Shown in pieces: positions 22,701-32,023 of a DNA stretch of 64,000 nucleotides (the stretch's first letter is position 1; each line of letters starts with the position of its first letter). The DNA is from an uncultured delta proteobacterium (GTDB taxonomy: Bacteria > Myxococcota_A > Polyangia > Polyangiales > JAFGIB01): contig CAVZVA010000011.1 in NCBI GenBank assembly GCA_963778655.1, forward strand, positions 512,001-576,000. The letters are read 5' to 3'. The notes beneath the pieces are model-generated. The model had not been told where the DNA came from. It made no database searches and worked only from the letters and a program-made list of their open reading frames with translations. The translations under genes were made by a program, and so were the position numbers.

Positions 22701-25043
22701 ATGAGCAGACCCGATCTCGGCTCGAACGCGCTGCTCGCGCCGTTCGCGCTGGCGAGCTTTCGCTGGCTGCTGCTGCTTTGCACGGCGCTCGGCTGCGCGC
22801 TCGTGCCGGTGCCCCTGCTCGGTGTGCACGGGGTGGAGAGCGCGGTCCTGCTCGGCGCCGTGCTGCCGCCGCTGTGCGCCGCGGCCGCCGCCCGCCTCAC
22901 GCTGGCGGCCCGCCGCGAGCTCGCGCTCGGCGCGTTCGCGCTGGCCGGCCGCGCGCTGGCCGCGGGTGGCTGGCTGCTGCTGGCGCCGGTGCTGGTGCTC
23001 GCGCTCAACGCGCTGCGCGTGCACAACTGTACGCCGCTGCAGGGCCTGGCCTTCATCGCGCTCGGCCCCGGCTTCGGCGTGATGCTGGCGTCGCTGCTGG
23101 GTGCCTGCGCCGGCGCGTTGCCGGCCCGCGCGGATGCGCGCGGCGCGGGCGGGCGCCTGGCCACCGCGGCGGCGGTGCTGGTGCCGCTGCTCGACATGGC
23201 ACGCGCTGCCTACGGCTTCTACGCCTCGCCCGCCGTCTTCGCTTACGGACACTTCTTCGGCTACTTCCCCGGCTCGCTCTACGACGAGCTGGTGGAGCTG
23301 CCCCAGCCGCTGCTCACGCTGCGCGTGATCACGGCCGCCGGCTGCACGCTGCTGCTGTGCGTGCTTGCCTGCTTTTACGACCCTGTGCTGCGCCGGCTGC
23401 GCGCGCGGCCGCAGCCCGCGCACAGCGGTTACCTTGCGCTGCTCGCGTGCTGCGCGGCCGTGCTGCTGCTCGGCTACGGCTACGGCGAGCAGCTCGGCCA
23501 CCGCACCAGCGTGGCGCACATCGCCGAGGAGCTGGGCGGCCGCGCGCTGTCGGCGCGCTGCGAGCTGCTGGTCCCGCGCGAGCTGCGCCGCGACAGGCGC
23601 GAGCGCCTGGCTGCCGACTGCGACTTCCGGGTGCGCCAGCTCGAGCGCTGGCTCGGCGTCCGCCAGCCCGGACGCGTGCGGGTCTTCGTGTTCCGCTCGG
23701 CGCAGGAAAAGCGCCACCTGATGGGCGCCGCCGACACCAACATCGCCAAGCCCTGGCGCAGCGAAATCTACCTGCAGGACGAGGGCTGGCCCCACCCCGT
23801 GCTCGCCCACGAGCTGGCGCACGTGGTCGCCGGCAACGTCGGGCGCGGGCCGCTGCGCGTCGCGGGCAAGCTCTTTGGGCTGTGGCCCGACTTCGCGCTG
23901 ATCGAGGGCACGGCGGTGGCCGCCGCCTGGTCGAGCAGCATGCCGGCAGGGCTCACCCCCCATCAGTGGACGCGCGCGATGTACGAGCTGGGGCTCGCCC
24001 CCAAGCTGCAAGCGCTATTCGGCACCGGTTTTCTCGGCCAGCAGACGCGCCTGGCGTACACCCTGAGCGGCTCGCTGCTGCGCTACATCGCCGACACCTA
24101 CGGCAAGGACGCGCTGCGCCGCATCTACCGCAGCGACGACCTTTCGGCCGTGCTGGGCATGCCGCTGTCCGAGCTCGAGCGCCGCTTCCGCGCGTACGTG
24201 ATGGCGGTGCCGTTGCCCGAGTCCGCGCGTGCGCTGGCCCGCGTGCGCTTTCAGGGCTCGAGCATCCTGTCGAGCGTGTGCCCGCACGCCAAGGCCCTGC
24301 TGCAGCAACAGCTGGACGGCTACCTCGGCGCCGATGACCGGGCCGAGGCCGAGCGCACCTGCGAGCGGCTGCTGGCGATCGACCCGGCCGAGACCGGCGT
24401 GCGCGCCACGCTGGTCGGAGTGCTGGCGCGACGCGGCCAGCACGCCGCGGCCGAGCGCGAGCTCGCCGTGCTGGAGGGCCCGCCCGGCGCCGCCGCGCCG
24501 ATCGTGGACGCCGCCCGCACGCTGCTGGCGGACGAGGCCTGGAGACAGGGCCGCGACGCCGAAGCGCTGCGCATCTACCAGCAGCTGCTGGCGCAACCCA
24601 ACGAGCGGGACACCCTGCGCATGCTGCAGGTCAAATCGCTCGCGCTGCAGGGCTCGGCGCGCGAGCGCAAGCTGGTGTTCGCGCTGCTGGTGGGCGAGCC
24701 CGGGCTCGCGACCGATGGCGCGACCTCGGTCTACCTGACGCGCGAGCTGCGCGCCGAGCGCAGCGACGGCCTGCCCCAGTACCTCGAAGCACGGCAGCTG
24801 TTCAACCGCCAGCGCTACGCCGAGGCCGCCGGGCTGCTCGCGCAGGCCCGCACGCTCGGGCTGCCGACACCCGAGATCGCAATCGAGGCCTTGCGTGTGC
24901 AGGCGATCTGCTGCTTCGGCGCGGGCCAGCTCGACGCCTCGCGCACGCTGTGGCGGCAGCTGCAGGCCATGAACCCGGGCGCCGGGTTGCAGGCCGAGGC
25001 CGCCGACTGGCTGGAGCGGATCAGCCTTTCTGGCTCTGCTTGA
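22701..25043 (+). CDS. Multi-pass membrane protein with gluzincin-like HExxH domain and C-terminal TPR-like repeats
   Basis: About 6-7 hydrophobic N-terminal segments; VLAHELAH and downstream LIEGTAVA; helical Ala/Leu repeats at the C-terminus. Confidence 0.72.
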   Translation: MSRPDLGSNALLAPFALASFRWLLLLCTALGCALVPVPLLGVHGVESAVLLGAVLPPLCAAAAARLTLAARRELALGAFALAGRALAAGGWLLLAPVLVLALNALRVHNCTPLQGLAFIALGPGFGVMLASLLGACAGALPARADARGAGGRLATAAAVLVPLLDMARAAYGFYASPAVFAYGHFFGYFPGSLYDELVELPQPLLTLRVITAAGCTLLLCVLACFYDPVLRRLRARPQPAHSGYLALLACCAAVLLLGYGYGEQLGHRTSVAHIAEELGGRALSARCELLVPRELRRDRRERLAADCDFRVRQLERWLGVRQPGRVRVFVFRSAQEKRHLMGAADTNIAKPWRSEIYLQDEGWPHPVLAHELAHVVAGNVGRGPLRVAGKLFGLWPDFALIEGTAVAAAWSSSMPAGLTPHQWTRAMYELGLAPKLQALFGTGFLGQQTRLAYTLSGSLLRYIADTYGKDALRRIYRSDDLSAVLGMPLSELERRFRAYVMAVPLPESARALARVRFQGSSILSSVCPHAKALLQQQLDGYLGADDRAEAERTCERLLAIDPAETGVRATLVGVLARRGQHAAAERELAVLEGPPGAAAPIVDAARTLLADEAWRQGRDAEALRIYQQLLAQPNERDTLRMLQVKSLALQGSARERKLVFALLVGEPGLATDGATSVYLTRELRAERSDGLPQYLEARQLFNRQRYAEAAGLLAQARTLGLPTPEIAIEALRVQAICCFGAGQLDASRTLWRQLQAMNPGAGLQAEAADWLERISLSGSA

Positions 25044-25590
25044 GCACGATGAAACGCAGCTCGCCGAATTCCGCCTGCCCGAGCGTGTAGATCACCTCGC
25101 CCAGGGTACGAAACGGCGTGCGTTTGTCGGCGATGATCCGCACCTCGCCGTGAAATGGTCGCTGCGGATTGCGCGCCGCGATCAGCTTGAGCCGATCGCG
25201 GTGCTGCTTGAGGCCGTTGAACAGCGGCGTGATCAACCAGCCGGTGCCGCCGCCCTGCTTCAAGCTGGGGTCGACCCTGCCGTTGCGCAGCGCGAGCACG
25301 TGCTGTCCCTCGACCACCACCTCGCTGCTGGAGATCACCACGCTCAGCGCCTGGGCGGCCTCGACCTGGGAGGTCGAGGTCGGCAGCTGCAGTTCCTCGC
25401 TCTGGACGATCTCGGCCGCACCGGAGGCGAACTGCATGATCAGGAAGACCAGCAGGATCGTCATCATATCCATCATCGGATAGATGTTGAGCCCGACCTC
25501 CTCGGTCTCCCCCTCCTTGCGCAGCCTGCGGCGGATGATGCGCTTGCAGTCGACAAGCGTAGCCGGGCGATCCTCGTTCTCGTCAGCCAT
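25021..25590 (-). CDS. ExbD/TolR family protein (AglS-like paralog)
   Basis: LNIYPMMDMMTILLVFL TM with conserved Asp; IIADKRTPF. Confidence 0.88.
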   Translation of the reverse strand: MADENEDRPATLVDCKRIIRRRLRKEGETEEVGLNIYPMMDMMTILLVFLIMQFASGAAEIVQSEELQLPTSTSQVEAAQALSVVISSSEVVVEGQHVLALRNGRVDPSLKQGGGTGWLITPLFNGLKQHRDRLKLIAARNPQRPFHGEVRIIADKRTPFRTLGEVIYTLGQAEFGELRFIVLKQSQKG

Positions 25591-25599
25591 CTTCGCCGG

Positions 25600-26163
25600 T
25601 CACCTTATGCCCACGGACACCAGCACGTTGGGAAAGAGGTCCTGCTTGCCCTTGCTGCGCACGGCGTCCATCGCCGCCACCACATTCTCGTATTGGACCT
25701 GGGGATCCGCGCTCACCGTCACCGTGTCTTCGTCCTTGAACTGCTCCTTGATCTTGACGACGCAGGCGGTCAGCCCGTTCCAGTCGTAGTCCTTGCCTTT
25801 TCGCGGCACGGTCAACGAGCGCGAGCCCGCCGAGTCGATGTTGGTGCACCCGGGCGCGAGCTTGCCGCCCGAGCCGCTGACCAGCACGCCGCTGTCGGTC
25901 ACGGTGACGTTGAGATTGAGCGGGGTGGCGACATCCTCGCTGCTCTTGGTGCGGCCGCGCGCGATCTTCGGTAAGTCCGAGGGGATCTGCGAGATCAGCA
26001 GCACGAACTCACTGGTCGCCAGCAGGAACATGATCAGGTTCACGACGATGTCGAGAAACGGAACGATGTTCAGCTCCCCCACCGTCTCCGACGGATCGGC
26101 GTGGCCTACCGCAGTGTGCTTGCGGATGTAGGAACGCTGCCGGGGGCTGAGCTTGACGGCCAT
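25600..26163 (-). CDS. ExbD/TolR family protein (AglQ-like paralog)
   Basis: GELNIVPFLDIVVNLIMFLL; SADPQVQYENVVAAMDAVR. Confidence 0.88.
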   Translation of the reverse strand: MAVKLSPRQRSYIRKHTAVGHADPSETVGELNIVPFLDIVVNLIMFLLATSEFVLLISQIPSDLPKIARGRTKSSEDVATPLNLNVTVTDSGVLVSGSGGKLAPGCTNIDSAGSRSLTVPRKGKDYDWNGLTACVVKIKEQFKDEDTVTVSADPQVQYENVVAAMDAVRSKGKQDLFPNVLVSVGIR

Positions 26164-26188
26164 GGCGTGTGGACCCGCTCGCCGGGCT

Positions 26189-26812
26189 CTACTCGCGCTT
26201 GAGGGTGAGCAGGTTCTCCAGCCGCATCGTGGTGCGCTCGAGGTCCTGCTTGATGCGCTTGGCCCAGCCGTGAAGGATGAGGTGGAAGAACATGCACAGC
26301 ACGGCGATGCCGAGACCGAGCGCCGTGTTGTACATGGCCTCCGAGATACCGCGGGCGAGCAGTGCCGACTTCTGCGCCGGCTCCGCGAAGGCGACCGCCG
26401 CGAACGAGCGGATCAGACCGGAGATGGTACCGAGCAGCCCGACCAGGGTGGCGATGTTGGCGAGCGACCACAGCGCCCCGATCCGCTTCTCGAGCACCGG
26501 GATCACCTCCGACAGGCGCTCTTCCATATTGGCGATGATCGCGTCGTCGCCGCGGTTGACCTGGGTCAGCCCGGCCTTGACCACCTGCAGCAAGGGCAGC
26601 GGTGCGGCTTCGCACAGCTTGATCGCGCGATCGATGTTGCCGGCTTGGACCAGCTTGCGGATCTGCGCCATGAACTCTTCGCCATTGACCTGGTGCTTGG
26701 AGAGGATGTGGACGAAGCGATCGACGATGATCGCGATCACGAAGGCCAGGATAGCGACGTTCACGAAGGAGAACGGCGCGCCTTCATTCATGAAATCCCA
26801 GACTTTTTGCAT
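26189..26812 (-). CDS. MotA/TolQ/ExbB proton channel (AglR-like paralog)
   Basis: ANIATLVGLLGTISGLI, GISEAMYNTALGL; AGGAG RBS. Confidence 0.92.
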   Translation of the reverse strand: MQKVWDFMNEGAPFSFVNVAILAFVIAIIVDRFVHILSKHQVNGEEFMAQIRKLVQAGNIDRAIKLCEAAPLPLLQVVKAGLTQVNRGDDAIIANMEERLSEVIPVLEKRIGALWSLANIATLVGLLGTISGLIRSFAAVAFAEPAQKSALLARGISEAMYNTALGLGIAVLCMFFHLILHGWAKRIKQDLERTTMRLENLLTLKRE

Positions 26813-27337
26813 CGGCCGAGGCTCCTTTCCCTGGCGGCGCGGGTCTCAGGACCGGCGTGCCTCACGGCTGCCGCGCAGGGACAGCATGGGTGGCCTGGCA
26901 GCCCCGCGTGCAGCTCGCTTGCCACACGCGGTCGCCGGTACCGCCCTGGGATGGATTGCGCGTATGCCCATCAGGCGACGGTGGTCGTAAACATCGAGGG
27001 CCCCACGGTAGCGCAGCGCGACTTTCGTTGTCAACGAAGGCATTCCGAGGGGTTGCGCAACATGGAGCGCGGCCGGATCGGCCGCTGCGACGCGTCGGCG
27101 CGGCCGCTGAGCTACGCGCGTCGTTGCGTAGACCGCGCAGAGAGCGACGCGACCCGAAGACCTCGAGCGGCGAAGATCGCGCGGGCATTCAGTCCGGGAC
27201 CCGCCCGCGATCGGTCGCGGCGCCGGAAGGGCGGCAACAGGCGCCCGCAACCGGCGCGCGAGCGCCCGGGAACCCGGGCTCGGTCCGGGTGTCTAATGGG
27301 CTTGCAGAGCGGTGTGGGAATTGTGCGCAAATCCCTG

Positions 27338-27365
27338 TTGACTTGTGGGATCGTGTAGATATGAT
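27338..27365 (+). promoter_or_regulatory. Possible sigma70-type promoter for aglRQS
   Basis: TTGACT-N16-TATGAT in an AT-richer divergent intergenic region. Confidence 0.35.
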
Positions 27366-27553
27366 GGCGCAACGCACTTCGTCGACACCCTAGCCGAACG
27401 ATCTTAGTAGTTGAAATCGCAGGGTTATTGGCGCTATCAGAGTTACGCAAGAATTTGGGTCTGCCGGACGGGTGCAGGCCGATATTGAGGGACTGCTCGC
27501 AAGGCAAAAAGGACACAGGCCGCACCACGGACGGCCCTGAGGAGGACACCGGT

Positions 27554-28204
27554 ATGTCAACGCTCGCGCATCACTTCGAAGAGGGTGGCTGGGGCATGTA
27601 CCCCATCCTGTTCTGGCAGGTTCTCGCCATCGGCATCATCGTCGAGCGCGCGTTCTATCTGTACAAGGCGTCGATCAACCGCGAGGTCTTCCTGGCGACG
27701 ATGCAGAAGTGCATCCTGGCCGGCGACATCGGGCGCGCGATCAAGCTGTGCTCCGCGGCCAACGCTCCGCTAGCGCGCATCGTCAAATCGGGCCTGCTCA
27801 AGGTGAACCGTCCCGACATCGAGGTGCAGGCGGCCATGGACGAGGCTGCCCTGGTCGAGTTGCCGAAGATCGAGCACCGCACCCCGCTGCTCGCGCTGTT
27901 CGCGAACCTCGCCATGCTGTGCGGTCTTCTGGGCACGGTGTCGGGCCTGATCGCGTCGTTCGGCGCAGTCGCGAATGCGGATGCTGCATCGAAGGCGACC
28001 ATGCTCGCCAAGGGCATCTCGGAGGCGATGAACTGCACCGCGTTCGGCCTGATCGCCGCGATCATCGCGCTGGTCGGCTTCGCCGCACACAACAACAAGA
28101 CGCAGAAGCTGCTCGACGACATCAACGCCGCGACCGTCCAGGTCGTCAACCTGGTCGTCAACAACCGCTCGAAGATCCACCTGGACGACAGCCAGGCGGC
28201 CTGA
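27554..28204 (+). CDS. aglR: Gliding motor MotA/TolQ subunit
   Basis: GGWGMYPI, KASINREVFL, EVQAAMDEA, GLLGTVSGLI, GISEAMNCTAFGL, recalled as matching Myxococcus AglR; GGAGGA RBS. Confidence 0.82.
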   Translation: MSTLAHHFEEGGWGMYPILFWQVLAIGIIVERAFYLYKASINREVFLATMQKCILAGDIGRAIKLCSAANAPLARIVKSGLLKVNRPDIEVQAAMDEAALVELPKIEHRTPLLALFANLAMLCGLLGTVSGLIASFGAVANADAASKATMLAKGISEAMNCTAFGLIAAIIALVGFAAHNNKTQKLLDDINAATVQVVNLVVNNRSKIHLDDSQAA

Positions 28205-28208
28205 TCCC

Positions 28209-28685
28209 ATGGGTGGTATCAACGTCGGTGGTGGCGGTCACGGCGGCAAGAAGGCCGTCGACTCCGAAATCCCGCTCATCCCGTTCATCGATCTGCTGCT
28301 GTGCTGCGTGATGTTCCTGCTGGTCACCGCGGTGTGGAACCAGCTGGCACGCATCGACGCAAACCAGCAGCAACCCGGCCAGCAAGCGCCGAACGACCCG
28401 CCGCCCGAGGACAAGATCAAGGTCGTCCTGCAAGTGCACGCCAACGGCTACGTGCTGGCGTCCACCGCAGGCGATCGGGTCGAGATCCCCAAGATCGGCG
28501 ACAAGTTCGACGTCGAGACGCTGCGTGAGAAGCTCCAGGAGCGCAAGCGCCTGGAGCCGAACCGGCGGGACATGACGGTCGCCCCCGAAGACGGCGTGCA
28601 ATACGCGGACGTGGTGGAAGCCATGGACACGGTCGTCGGCGAGGGCTTCCCCGAGATGTCTCTATCGGACGGATCGACCCTCTGA
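28209..28685 (+). CDS. aglQ: Gliding motor ExbD/TolR subunit
   Basis: GGKKAVDSEIPLIPFIDLL...TAVWNQLARI; position between aglR and aglS. Confidence 0.78.
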   Translation: MGGINVGGGGHGGKKAVDSEIPLIPFIDLLLCCVMFLLVTAVWNQLARIDANQQQPGQQAPNDPPPEDKIKVVLQVHANGYVLASTAGDRVEIPKIGDKFDVETLREKLQERKRLEPNRRDMTVAPEDGVQYADVVEAMDTVVGEGFPEMSLSDGSTL

Positions 28686-28702
28686 GACAGGACGCGTGAG
28701 AC

Positions 28703-29242
28703 ATGCCCATCGGTAAACCAGGCAGAGTTCTGCTCAAGAAGGTCCCGCTCAAGTTCGTCGCCAAGAAGGTGGGCGGACACGGCCGCAAGAGCACCAACAC
28801 AGACATCCCGCTGATCCCGTTCATCGACTTCCTGATCGTGTTGGTGGTCTTCCTGCTGATCTCCTTCAGCGCCAGCGGCGAGCTGCTCGCGCAGAAGCCG
28901 AATCTGCAGATGCCGAAGGCGCAGAACGTCACCAACCTCGAGCTCTCACCCGTCATCGCGATCGACACCGTGGTGGTCACGCTCGACGGGCGGCGTATGG
29001 CCGACACCGCCACGCTGGCGGCCGATCCCAAGGTCGAGCGCATCGAGCAGCTGATCCAGGATTTGGAGACCAGCAAGCGCAACTGGAGCATTCTGCACCC
29101 GCAGCAGCCCTTCCCCGGTCAGGTCATCCTGCAAGCCGACGTCTCGATCGACTTCCGCGTGATCAAGAAGATCATGTTCTCGGCAGCGCAGGCCGGCTAC
29201 CCGAACGTGAGCTTCGCGGTCAACCGCATCACCAAGAAGTAG
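28703..29242 (+). CDS. aglS: Gliding motor ExbD/TolR subunit
   Basis: GGHGRKS...PFIDFLIVLVVFLLISFSASGE, VIKKIMFSAAQAGYPNVSFAV. Confidence 0.78.
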   Translation: MPIGKPGRVLLKKVPLKFVAKKVGGHGRKSTNTDIPLIPFIDFLIVLVVFLLISFSASGELLAQKPNLQMPKAQNVTNLELSPVIAIDTVVVTLDGRRMADTATLAADPKVERIEQLIQDLETSKRNWSILHPQQPFPGQVILQADVSIDFRVIKKIMFSAAQAGYPNVSFAVNRITKK

Positions 29243-29283
29243 GCGACAGCCGAATGCTTCGCTCCGCAAGAGGAGCGTGAGCC

Positions 29284-30339
29284 ATGGCAGGCCGACAAGA
29301 CCCGCACCCACGCCTGATCCCCGCGCGACCCGCGGCGGATCAGGAAGCTGCGGGCTACATGCCTCGCATCCCCTGGCGCCTGCTGTTGCTCGGCACGCTG
29401 AGTGTGGGCACGGTGGCCACGGGCTACTGGGTCAGCCAGCGCCACAAGGCCGAGGCCCTGCGCTCGCAGATCATACAGGTCCACGAGCAGGAGCTGGCGG
29501 AGCCCGCGCGGCGCTACCTCGAGCTGCGCGGCAAGCTCGAGGGCATGATCCTCGAAGCGGCCAGCAGGGCTCCCGACGACTTCGCCGACCGGCGGCTGCG
29601 GCTGTCGGGACTGCGCGCGGGCAAGGGCCTGTACCTGCGCCTTACGGCCAAAGACGCCGCCTCCCGCCAGGGCATCGAGAAGGGGGCCGACGCGATGGAG
29701 GGCGACGCCATCCCTTCCTGTCTGGGCCTGGCGCCGGCGTCGGCACGCGGGCTGTGGGAGAAGGGCGCGTTTCTGGCTCCTGACTTCGTCAAGCGGGTGC
29801 GCAAGAGCAGCGGGGTGATGCCGCTGCGCGTGCTCGACACCATGCTCGCCAACCACATCCGCACCGACCTGCCCGTGGTGCTCAACCTGATGCGCAGCGA
29901 CTGGTTCCTGCTCGTCATCCAGCAGGGGGAGAGCCGGCGCGAGCAGCCGGTCGATGTCTTCCTGTGGGACCTGCGCAGCAAACAACAGCTGCTGCGCGGC
30001 CGTGTGCAGGCCGCCGGCGTGTTGCTGTCGGTGCGCGTGAAGAGCAAGGACGCGCCGCCGGGGCCGCGCCGCGCCCCGGACCAGCTCGAGGCCGCGACCG
30101 CCAACGATTGTTCGATCGCGGCCAAGATCAAGGCGCTGGCCGGCGCGCCGCTGGCGAGCGTGGAAAACGAGCAGCCGCCCCTGCCCGCGGCGCCGGCCCC
30201 GGCCGCCACGCCGAACGCGCCCGCGCCGGCGACAGGGGCGGCGACGCCGAAGGCCGCGCAGCCCGCACCGGCAGCAGCGCCCGAGCCTGCGCCGGCAGCG
30301 TCCCAGCCCGCGCCGACGACGGCGCCGGCCAAGCCCTGA
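29284..30339 (+). CDS. Hypothetical single-TM protein with Pro/Ala-rich tail, downstream of aglS
   Basis: AGGAG RBS; N-terminal TM; GC3-rich codons. Confidence 0.7.
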   Translation: MAGRQDPHPRLIPARPAADQEAAGYMPRIPWRLLLLGTLSVGTVATGYWVSQRHKAEALRSQIIQVHEQELAEPARRYLELRGKLEGMILEAASRAPDDFADRRLRLSGLRAGKGLYLRLTAKDAASRQGIEKGADAMEGDAIPSCLGLAPASARGLWEKGAFLAPDFVKRVRKSSGVMPLRVLDTMLANHIRTDLPVVLNLMRSDWFLLVIQQGESRREQPVDVFLWDLRSKQQLLRGRVQAAGVLLSVRVKSKDAPPGPRRAPDQLEAATANDCSIAAKIKALAGAPLASVENEQPPLPAAPAPAATPNAPAPATGAATPKAAQPAPAAAPEPAPAASQPAPTTAPAKP

Positions 30340-30449
30340 GCGCAGAGCCCGAACCGCCGCGCTTGCCTCTGCGCGCATCGCGTAGAAAGATGGCGCGCTC
30401 TCGTCGGGGCCGCGCGGGACTCCCACCCCGTGCGGCCTGGCTTTGCCCG

Positions 30450-31748
30450 ATGCTTGGATTGACGCGCTACCAGTGGCTCGTGCTCTTCGCCGCCTGGCTC
30501 GGCTGGGGCTTCGATGTGTTCGACGGGCTGTTGTTCAACAACGTCGCGCCGTTGTGCATCCCCGACCTGCTGCACATCAGCGCCAACACCGCGCACGGCA
30601 AGCAGGAGACCCTGTTCTGGACCGCGGCCCTGAGCAGCTTGCTGCTGCTGGGCTGGGCCACCGGCGGGATCCTGTTCGGCAAGGTGACCGATCGCATCGG
30701 CCGCACGCGCACGCTGCTGGTGACCATGGTGGTGTACGCGCTCTCCACCGCGGCGTGCGCGTTCGCGTCCAACCTCGGCACACTGGCGCTGTTTCGCTTC
30801 TTCGCCAGCCTGGGCATCGGAGGCGAGTGGGCGGCGGGCGCGGCGCTGGTGGCCGAGAGCCTGCCGCCGAGCAGGCGCATCGTCGGCGGCGCCCTGCTCT
30901 ACACCTCCGCTCCGATGGGCCTGTTTCTGGCCACCTTCGTCAATGATCTCTTCACCCGACAGATCCACAGCCTCGCCGCCGACCCACATCTGGCCTGGCG
31001 CGTGGTCTTCCTGACCGGGCTGGTGCCCGCGGCAGCGGCGCTGCTGATCCGGCTCAAGGTCAAGGAGCCCGAGCACTGGAAAGCGGCCGAGTCCATGCCG
31101 CGGATCGCAGAGCTGTTCACGCCGGAGCTGCGGCGCCGCACCTTGGGCGGGCTGGCGATGGCGATCATCGCGCTCATCACCTGGTGGAGCTGCAGCGTGT
31201 TCATCCCGGTGATCGCCGGCTTCCTGGCCGCCGACACCGCACCGCCGCCCGAACAGCTGGCGCAGCTCAAGGTGGAGTTTCAGACCATCGGCACCACCGC
31301 CTTCAACCTCGGCGGGCTGATCGGCACGTTGCTCACGGTGCCGATCGCGACTCACCTCGGGCGCCGCCCCATGTTCCTGCTCTACTTCTCGGCCAGCGCG
31401 GCCGCGATCCTGCTCGCGTTCGGAACCGACGTGGCGCCGATGACGCGGCTGTACCTGCTCGGCCTGGTCGGGATCACCGTGTTCGGTGTGTTCGGCTCGT
31501 TCACGTTCTACCTGCCCGAGCTGTTCCCGATGCGCCTGCGCGGCACCGGCTCCGGCTTCTGCTACAACGTCGGCCGCATCGCGACCGCGGCCTTCCCCTT
31601 CGCCATCGGCGTGATCCTGCGCGGCGGCGGCAGCCCGCTGGCGATCATCTCCTGGGTCGCGGTCGCGCCGCTGGTCGGCGTGGTGCTGATTGCGCTGGGC
31701 GTCGCGGCCGAGACCCGCGGGCTGGTGCACGCCGACGACGCAGCATGA
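30450..31748 (+). CDS. MFS transporter
   Basis: WLGWGFDVFDG, FGKVTDRIGRTR (MFS motif A), GIGGEWAAGA, PELFPMRLRGTG. Confidence 0.92.
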   Translation: MLGLTRYQWLVLFAAWLGWGFDVFDGLLFNNVAPLCIPDLLHISANTAHGKQETLFWTAALSSLLLLGWATGGILFGKVTDRIGRTRTLLVTMVVYALSTAACAFASNLGTLALFRFFASLGIGGEWAAGAALVAESLPPSRRIVGGALLYTSAPMGLFLATFVNDLFTRQIHSLAADPHLAWRVVFLTGLVPAAAALLIRLKVKEPEHWKAAESMPRIAELFTPELRRRTLGGLAMAIIALITWWSCSVFIPVIAGFLAADTAPPPEQLAQLKVEFQTIGTTAFNLGGLIGTLLTVPIATHLGRRPMFLLYFSASAAAILLAFGTDVAPMTRLYLLGLVGITVFGVFGSFTFYLPELFPMRLRGTGSGFCYNVGRIATAAFPFAIGVILRGGGSPLAIISWVAVAPLVGVVLIALGVAAETRGLVHADDAA

Positions 31749-31849
31749 GCTCTGGAACCGAGCAGCGTTGGGTTCGAGAAGCCACGCGAAGACGGGAAGC
31801 TCAGAGGTGTGCCTTCTTCCCACCTTCCGGTTGAATCCTCGGAAACCCA

Positions 31850-32020
31850 CTAGAGCACCGAACATATTGAAACGTGTGCGAAGTCGGGGTCATGGCGGGA
31901 TGCAGGGTGCGGGCGGGAGCCCGAAGGCGTAGTCCATCCTACGTCGAGCGGGGAGCGCGCGTGCCATGCGCCCGCGAGGGCCCCGAAATCGTGCGTGTTT
32001 CAATATGGTCGGTGCTCTAG
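31850..32020. mobile_element. 171-bp non-coding palindromic element (MITE-like) bounded by CTAG
   Basis: Terminal inverted arms CTAGAGCACCGAACATATTGAAAC / GTTTCAATATGGTCGGTGCTCTAG; pairing continues inward to GGCGTAG-N6-CTACGTC. Confidence 0.7.
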
Positions 32021-32023
32021 TTT

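Noticed and set aside
26830..27300. Possible riboswitch or ORF in the spacer between the two motor operons
   Set aside because: Some hairpin potential, but no match to any riboswitch consensus I can recognise, and the ORFs lack coding features
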